Source of the DNA: Brevinematales bacterium
Lineage (GTDB): Bacteria > Spirochaetota > Brevinematia > DTOW01
Direction of reading: 5' to 3'
NCBI GenBank assembly: GCA_026415355.1
Contig: JAOAHF010000010.1
Location: forward strand, 12,548 to 76,547
DNA: 64,000 nt
The notes beneath the pieces are model-generated. The model was not told the DNA's origin and did no database searches. It saw only the letters and a list, made by a program, of their open reading frames with translations. Each line of letters begins with the position of its first letter. Within the stretch, counting starts at the first letter, position 1. Below are positions 58,102 through 64,000 of the stretch, piece by piece. The position numbers and the translations under genes were made by a program.

Positions 58102-58404
58102 AACAACCTCCTAACTCGCTAGGATTATCAAAGATTTTATTTCAATGTTTCAATTTGAAGAGATAATAATCAATAAAACTATTATATCCTTAGATACGAT
58201 GTTGTTTACTTGTAAAGATGTAATTTGGTTTGCAGATAGATTCGTATAATAAATTCATTGAATATTACCTGCTTATCAAAAAATTGTGTGATTTTAGCTA
58301 TTTATGATGTAGAGTACAGTAGAGCATTTATTAGATATAGAGATTTATTTGAAAGAGCTTTTGAGTTATTAGATAATTTAATTAGATGGGAGGGGAATTG
58401 ATTA

Positions 58405-59520
58405 ATGGATGTTACTTATAGAAGGTTAGAATTTATTGATCTTCAGATATTTGCTGAAGAAGATGAAGGTAGAACGCTGGAGCCAACTGAATATCGCTTG
58501 AGAAAAGCAAGAGAAGAAGGGAACATTCCTCAATCACAAGATTTAGCTAGTGGTATAGTTTTGCTTCTTATGTTCTGGGCTATATCGTTTATGGCAATGA
58601 ATATATTTAGGGGAGTATATGAAGTATTCAATGTTGCCATTGAGACTATAGGTTCGAAAGAAATAAGTATAAGTAATTTCAACAATATGTTATTTATCTC
58701 TGTCAGGGTAGTCTTAGGTTTTTTGTTACCGCTTATGTTTTTAGCAGTTTTGGCAAGTATATTAAGTCATGGATTGCAAACTAGATTTAATTTATCTTGG
58801 AAGAAGCTTGTCCCAAATTTAAGGAGAGTTTTTGATATACCTGCTAATTTCAAGAGAGTTTTTTTCTCAAGAGATGCACTTTTTAATTTATTTAAGTCAG
58901 TTGTCAAAATATTTATTCTTTCTGTTGCTTTGTATTTTGTTATAGTTTCCGAAATAGAGAACTTTAAAAAGATAATGTTTAATGAACCAATGCAGGGTTT
59001 TTTCTATATAGCAGGTTTTTCGTTTAAGGTTGCTAATATTTCTGTTGTTGCTCTTTTAATTTTCAGTATTTTTGATTACCTATATCAGAGATGGAGTTTT
59101 AGAAGATCTTTGTATATGACTCCTAGGGAACTAAAACAAGAAATAAAGGAATTTGAAGGTGATCCACAGATAAGAGCAAGAATAAGAGAGTTAGAACAAC
59201 AGGTTCTTCAGAGAAGATCGCTAAGTGAAGTACCTACAGCGGATGTAGTGATAACAAACCCGACGCATTATGCTGTTGCCTTAAAGTATGAACCATCATA
59301 TATGAACGCACCTACCGTTGTTGCTAAAGGTGTTGATTCACTAGCATTGAGAATAAGAAAGATAGCTGAAGAAAATGGGGTTGAGATTGTTGAAAATAGA
59401 CCGTTGGCACGAGCACTCTATGCATCAGTTGATATAGGTGATGAAATACCTCCTGAATACTACTCTATTGTTGCTAATATACTCTCGATAGTCTACAAGA
59501 AGAAAGGAAAGGTAATATAA
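58405..59520 (+). CDS. flhB: Flagellar export protein FlhB
   Basis: LQIFAEEDEGRTLEPT..RLRKAREEG, EGDPQIRARIR, VITNPTHYAVAL autocleavage motif. Confidence 0.96.
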   Translation: MDVTYRRLEFIDLQIFAEEDEGRTLEPTEYRLRKAREEGNIPQSQDLASGIVLLLMFWAISFMAMNIFRGVYEVFNVAIETIGSKEISISNFNNMLFISVRVVLGFLLPLMFLAVLASILSHGLQTRFNLSWKKLVPNLRRVFDIPANFKRVFFSRDALFNLFKSVVKIFILSVALYFVIVSEIENFKKIMFNEPMQGFFYIAGFSFKVANISVVALLIFSIFDYLYQRWSFRRSLYMTPRELKQEIKEFEGDPQIRARIRELEQQVLQRRSLSEVPTADVVITNPTHYAVALKYEPSYMNAPTVVAKGVDSLALRIRKIAEENGVEIVENRPLARALYASVDIGDEIPPEYYSIVANILSIVYKKKGKVI

Positions 59521-59577
59521 TCGGAACTTGTAAAGATCTTCTCTCTATAATCTAGAGATATAATTAGGTATGATGCG

Positions 59578-59949
59578 TTAAATTGCCGTCTTGAAGTAAT
59601 TTATTGCTTCATCGACAGTTGGGTATATGTTAAAGAATGATATTAACTCTGTTATCTCTAGTATTTTTTCTACGTTTTGAGATATATTTGCGAGAACTAT
59701 GTTACCGTTAGTTTCGAAAAGTCTTTTTTTATTTGAGACTATTATGCTTAGAAATGCACTTGAAATGAATCCTGTTTTGCTGAAGTCAATTACAAATTTA
59801 GAAAAACCTTTTTGTATCAAAAACTCCATCAGATTACTAAAATCTTTTGATTCTGAAATATTCATGGCGTTAGGTAATTGTATAACTATTATGTCATCTA
59901 TTTCTTCATATTTCATATGACTAATATGACTTTGAGTGATTCTATACAA
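59578..59949 (-). CDS. STAS-domain anti-sigma-factor antagonist (likely start ATG 59916)
   Basis: VIDFSKTGFISSAFLSII, KILEITEL..FNIYPTVDEA. Confidence 0.85.
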   Translation of the reverse strand: MYRITQSHISHMKYEEIDDIIVIQLPNAMNISESKDFSNLMEFLIQKGFSKFVIDFSKTGFISSAFLSIIVSNKKRLFETNGNIVLANISQNVEKILEITELISFFNIYPTVDEAINYFKTAI

Positions 59950-60014
59950 ACATAATGAAATATGAATGATAGATACTTCCGCTTCAACAAAATATGTTTT
60001 GATGAAACAATATT

Positions 60015-61196
60015 CTAGTTTGGTATGATTTTAACAAATCTTCTTTTACCTACTTTGATTATTATTTCCTCTGATGATACTTCCAATACATATTCATTGT
60101 CTTTTACTCTTTCGTTATTGATGTAGAGGCCACCACCTTGTATTAATCTTCTAACCTCACTTTTAGACGGAGCTAGTTTAAGTTGTACTACAAGGTCAAC
60201 TATTTTGTATTTACCTTTAGGTATGTATTCTTCTTGTATTTCAGTTGGTATTTCTTTGTACTTGAATATTTTATCAAATTCTATACTGGCATTTTCAGCT
60301 ACTTTATTTCCGTAGAAGAAGGATACAATCTTTTTTGCGAGCATTGCTTTTATATCTCTTGGATTCATTCCCTCTGACATGAGTTTTTTGAGCCTTTCAA
60401 TTTCTTCTGGTGGTAAATCTGTTAGCAGTTCAAAATATTTAAATATTAGAGTATCTGGTATTGACATAATTTTACCAAACATATCAAGTGGGTTGTCGTT
60501 AATGGCTATATAATTACCAAAGCTTTTACTCATTTTTCTTATGCCATCTGTTCCTTCTAGTAGTGGTAACGTTATGACAACTTGTGGTTCGTATCCATAT
60601 TCAACTTGTAATTCTCTACCCACAAGAAGGTTAAACTTCTGATCAGTACCTCCTATTTCAACATCTGCTTTTACCATGATAGAGTCATATCCCTGCATGA
60701 GAGGATATAAAAATTCCATAATAGATATAGGAATACCACTTTTGTATCTTTTTTCGAAATCATCTCTTTCGAGCATTCTTGCGACGGTATATCTACTTGT
60801 TAGATTTAATATTTCTTCAAATGTTATTTTGTCAAACCATTCACTGTTATATACTACTTCTGTTTTTGATTTATCTAGTATTTTAAATAGTTGTTCTTGA
60901 TATGTTTTAGCATTTTCTATTACTTCTGTTCTTGAAAGTCTTTTTCTGGTAGTACTTCTTCCAGATGGATCACCTACCATTGCTGTGAAGTCTCCAATTA
61001 TGAAAACTACAGTGTGTCCTAGCTCTTGAAATTGTCTTAATTTAATAAGAGGTACAGTATGTCCTAGATGTAAATCTGGTGCTGAAGGATCTGCGCCAAA
61101 CTTTACTCTCAATTTACCTTTTGTTTCTATCTTTTTGATCAGTTCTTCTTCTGATATTATTTCTACAACACCCTTTTTTATGAGAGATAAATCCAT
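60015..61196 (-). CDS. tyrS: Tyrosyl-tRNA synthetase
   Basis: [35 protein letters not shown]-terminal S4 domain. Confidence 0.98.
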   Translation of the reverse strand: MDLSLIKKGVVEIISEEELIKKIETKGKLRVKFGADPSAPDLHLGHTVPLIKLRQFQELGHTVVFIIGDFTAMVGDPSGRSTTRKRLSRTEVIENAKTYQEQLFKILDKSKTEVVYNSEWFDKITFEEILNLTSRYTVARMLERDDFEKRYKSGIPISIMEFLYPLMQGYDSIMVKADVEIGGTDQKFNLLVGRELQVEYGYEPQVVITLPLLEGTDGIRKMSKSFGNYIAINDNPLDMFGKIMSIPDTLIFKYFELLTDLPPEEIERLKKLMSEGMNPRDIKAMLAKKIVSFFYGNKVAENASIEFDKIFKYKEIPTEIQEEYIPKGKYKIVDLVVQLKLAPSKSEVRRLIQGGGLYINNERVKDNEYVLEVSSEEIIIKVGKRRFVKIIPN

Positions 61197-61427
61197 ATTT
61201 TATCCTCTGACAAGTCTAAAATTATTAAGTAATTTAGGTATTACTTTCATTATTGTTGGTGTTATGATACTAGATTATTAGGCTTTACTGGATTTTGTTA
61301 AAAACTTATTTGTTGCTAAAAAATGGTATGATTGTGGTTAAATTATTGATATTTTTTAAGCTTTTTTGTAACTTCTGCTAAATTTGAAATAATGGTATGA
61401 TAATGAATACTATTAATCATGTAATTT

Positions 61428-63392
61428 ATGAATATCAATTATTTGCTAGTTTCTCAACTTAAGATTTCTGAGCTTTACGATTATCTTGAACAACATAAAA
61501 AACATTTTGAAATTAAGAGTACTGGCTCTGTTGGTTTTTACTTTCTTTATAGGTTAATATTGTCTTTGGGGGTTGAGTTTTGGGGATTTGTAGTTAGTAT
61601 TTTCTTATTGTCTTTTATAGTTGATAGAGTAGCTACTATTGTTGGTGTATTAATATTGCTAGTGTTTGTATCTATGTACTACTTTATAATTAAAAGATTT
61701 ATAGAGTTTGATATAACTCTTAGAAGGATCCATTCGCCTATGGTGAAAGTTGTAAAAAATAATAAGGTGTGTGTTGTTTATGAATCTGATGTTAATATAG
61801 GAGATACTGTTTTAGTTTCAAAAGATGATGTAGTACCTTTTGATTTGAGAGTTATAGAATCTAATAGCTTAGTTGTTGATGAAAGCAAGGTATTTGGTGA
61901 GCAAAGGAGAGTAGGTAAGAGTGCCGTAACTTTGCCTAAAAAAGAATTCAAAATATATGAACTTTCTAACATTATATTCTCTAATTCAATAATAGTCAAA
62001 GGTTCTGGAAAGGGTATTGTAATAAATAAGAGTTCCCCTAACAACATATTTGATTATCCTGCTGTGCAGGATAGGTTTAATGTTAAGTCTACTATTTTTT
62101 CAATGTTGTTATCGGTGTTAGTTTCTCTATTGATACTCTACGTTTATAAGGAGTTTTGGGTATCTCTTTCAATTTTTTGGGGTGTGCTTTATGTTATATC
62201 AAATAGGAATTTTGATATTATCTTAAATTACATAAGGTATTTGATAACAAAGAAGTTGTATAATGATGGTGTATTTTTACCTAGTAGTAGCAGAATTTCT
62301 GAGATAAATGAGATAAAGAAAATGATAATTAAAGTTGATCTATCTTCCTTTGATTTTAATAAGGTAAGTTATTACATAGTTTCAAAGAACAAGATTTTGA
62401 GTTTTGATAAAGTGTTGTACAGGCAATCGGAGCTACCACAAGAAATATTAGATACGTTTCTGGTAGTGGGAACAGTTTATCAAAAATCTAAGGATGTGGG
62501 AATTAAAGTGATTCTAAATCCAATTATAAATGATCTTACATCTCTAGGTTTAGATACTAAAACTATAAGGAATTACGAAATAGAAGATGTAAGTATTTCA
62601 AACTCACTTCGAGAATTGTCAACTATTAGGTTTAGATATAATGATGTTGTTTTTGGGATTTTGGATTTATCTTCTTATGTTAGTGAATTTGGTAGAATTA
62701 TTGGAGTAAACAGTGGAAATGGTCTAGTTATACTTAGAAAAGAAGGAAGTCAAAGTTTTTATCCGTATGTTTTGGTGTTATTTAGGGAATATAGTTACAG
62801 TACTAATGAAATAGAACAGAGTAATACAAGATTTTACATTTTAACGGAAATGTCGTTGAAAGATTTGGATAAGCTTTTTGGTATAGTGAATGTTGATACA
62901 ACTAAGTTTTCTGCTATAGATTTTAATGATTTTTTAAATGCTCCTGATGAACAAAGAAAATTCTTTCTTGAAAAGTTTCATATATTCTATAATATACCTA
63001 AAGCTTCGTTTCAGGATTTTGCTAGGATGTTTTCGGATGAGAATGAGTCAGTGATGGATAGTTTTGTAGAGATTTCTCCTAAGGATATAGGTCTTATGAA
63101 AATGCCATATTTCAGTTTATTTTTTGGCAAGAATAATACTATTTTATCTTCAACTAGGAGTATTATTATACCTTTTATGCTTATAAAGGCTTCAAAGAGT
63201 ACAAAGATGTTGATAAAGAAATCAAGAGTTTTAAGTATAATTTTGAATTATCTTTTTGGGGTAGTAGTTTTAGTTGGATATCTTTTAGGTGTTTTTTGGG
63301 TTATGGTATTTATTCCTCTTACCTTGTTTTTTAATTTATATTTGGTTTCTAATTATTTATTACCTAAATATTCTAATGGTAGGGAAGGGTAG
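61428..63392 (+). CDS. Degenerate P-type ATPase-like membrane protein lacking catalytic motifs
   Basis: Actuator-domain-like GDTVLVSKDDVVPFDLRVIESNSLVVDESKVFGE. No DKTGT, TGES, PEGL or GDGxND. Few C-terminal TMs. Confidence 0.7.
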   Translation: MNINYLLVSQLKISELYDYLEQHKKHFEIKSTGSVGFYFLYRLILSLGVEFWGFVVSIFLLSFIVDRVATIVGVLILLVFVSMYYFIIKRFIEFDITLRRIHSPMVKVVKNNKVCVVYESDVNIGDTVLVSKDDVVPFDLRVIESNSLVVDESKVFGEQRRVGKSAVTLPKKEFKIYELSNIIFSNSIIVKGSGKGIVINKSSPNNIFDYPAVQDRFNVKSTIFSMLLSVLVSLLILYVYKEFWVSLSIFWGVLYVISNRNFDIILNYIRYLITKKLYNDGVFLPSSSRISEINEIKKMIIKVDLSSFDFNKVSYYIVSKNKILSFDKVLYRQSELPQEILDTFLVVGTVYQKSKDVGIKVILNPIINDLTSLGLDTKTIRNYEIEDVSISNSLRELSTIRFRYNDVVFGILDLSSYVSEFGRIIGVNSGNGLVILRKEGSQSFYPYVLVLFREYSYSTNEIEQSNTRFYILTEMSLKDLDKLFGIVNVDTTKFSAIDFNDFLNAPDEQRKFFLEKFHIFYNIPKASFQDFARMFSDENESVMDSFVEISPKDIGLMKMPYFSLFFGKNNTILSSTRSIIIPFMLIKASKSTKMLIKKSRVLSIILNYLFGVVVLVGYLLGVFWVMVFIPLTLFFNLYLVSNYLLPKYSNGREG

Positions 63393-63394
63393 TT

Positions 63395-64000
63395 ATGGAA
63401 ACTAGGATAGTAAGAATTAGTGTTGACGAAATTGATAAAGATTTGTATTTACTTCGAAAACCAGCAAATAGCTTAAAAATGGGGGATGTAGTTGCTTTTC
63501 CTACAGAGACAGTTTATGGACTTGGAGCTAACGCTACTATGTCAGAAGCTGTTAAGAAAATATTTGAGTTAAAAGGTAGGCCGTATGATAATCCTCTTAT
63601 AGTGCATTTACATTCGAAGGATGAAGTGTATAAGTATGCAAGTGTATCTAATGAAGTGGAAGAGAAGATTTTGGATACCTTTACTCCAGGGCCTATAACG
63701 GTAGTTCTTAAGAAAAAAGAAGTAATATCTGCTATATCTACTGCTGGTCTTGACACTGTTGGTATTAGAATTCCCTATAACCCAATAGCTAGAAAACTGA
63801 TAGAGCTTTCTGAAGTACCTGTAGCAGCACCTAGTGCTAACATATCTGGTAAACCAAGTGCTACTGATCCAAATACGGTTATAGAGGAGTTTTCAGGGAA
63901 AATACCATATATTGTAGATGGTGGTAGAACTCATATAGGTATTGAGTCAACTGTAGTCAAGGTTGAAGAAGCTCCGGAGAAATTTACTATACTAATTGTT
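63395..64000 (+). CDS. sua5: L-threonylcarbamoyladenylate synthase (Sua5/TsaC), partial (runs off right edge)
   Basis: Hand translation from ATG 63395: VAFPTETVYGLGANA, KGRPYDNPLIVH, PGPITVVL, VGIRIP, AAPSANISGKPSAT, GIESTV. Confidence 0.95.
   Translation, partial: METRIVRISVDEIDKDLYLLRKPANSLKMGDVVAFPTETVYGLGANATMSEAVKKIFELKGRPYDNPLIVHLHSKDEVYKYASVSNEVEEKILDTFTPGPITVVLKKKEVISAISTAGLDTVGIRIPYNPIARKLIELSEVPVAAPSANISGKPSATDPNTVIEEFSGKIPYIVDGGRTHIGIESTVVKVEEAPEKFTILIV

Noticed and set aside
2151-63756. The many 60-150 aa ORFs nested antisense or out of frame within long genes
   Set aside because: They are shadow frames of confidently identified genes and carry no independent motifs.
1-64000. 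CRISPR array, tRNA or rRNA genes, intact prophage or IS
   Set aside because: I saw no regularly spaced repeats, no tRNA T-arm or cloverleaf signature, no long GC-rich RNA gene and no full-length integrase or transposase.

Overview
AT-rich bacterial chromosome segment (roughly 30% GC by eye), most consistent with a flagellated diderm Spirochaetota lineage, probably thermophilic. That assignment is inferred from the spirochaete-type FlgK and FlhB N-terminus, LpxL and Maf. About 50 genes are present, mostly housekeeping and stripped of their usual operon partners: leuB, thiH, trpGD, ispF, rplD, dnaN, flgK, flhB, pstS, carA. Two genes run off the edges and are absent from the ORF track: a lamin-tail-domain protein at 1-1443 and sua5/tsaC at 63395-64000. 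The main accessory region, about 28.4-39.0 kb, is an envelope-transport cluster encoding a LolA-like protein, two putative outer-membrane proteins, an ABC-2 permease, a DUF4412-like protein, a membrane protein, a winged-helix regulator, an ABC ATPase and three FtsX/LolE-type permeases, one inverted. Three copies of a 23-bp palindromic operator (TAAACYAGTTTAYAATATAAAYT) overlap the -10 boxes of its three transcription units and define a candidate regulon. Other notable items: a PNPOx-UbiA/MenA fusion, an intact but apparently catalytically dead P-type ATPase homolog, two divergent EF-P paralogs, two decayed IS5-like transposase relics (one directly upstream of an orphan rplD), a possible fliR 3' relic before flhB, and a recurrent leaderless-promoter architecture. 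No rRNA, tRNA, CRISPR array, prophage or intact mobile element was seen. All calls come from motif recognition by eye; no database searches were run.
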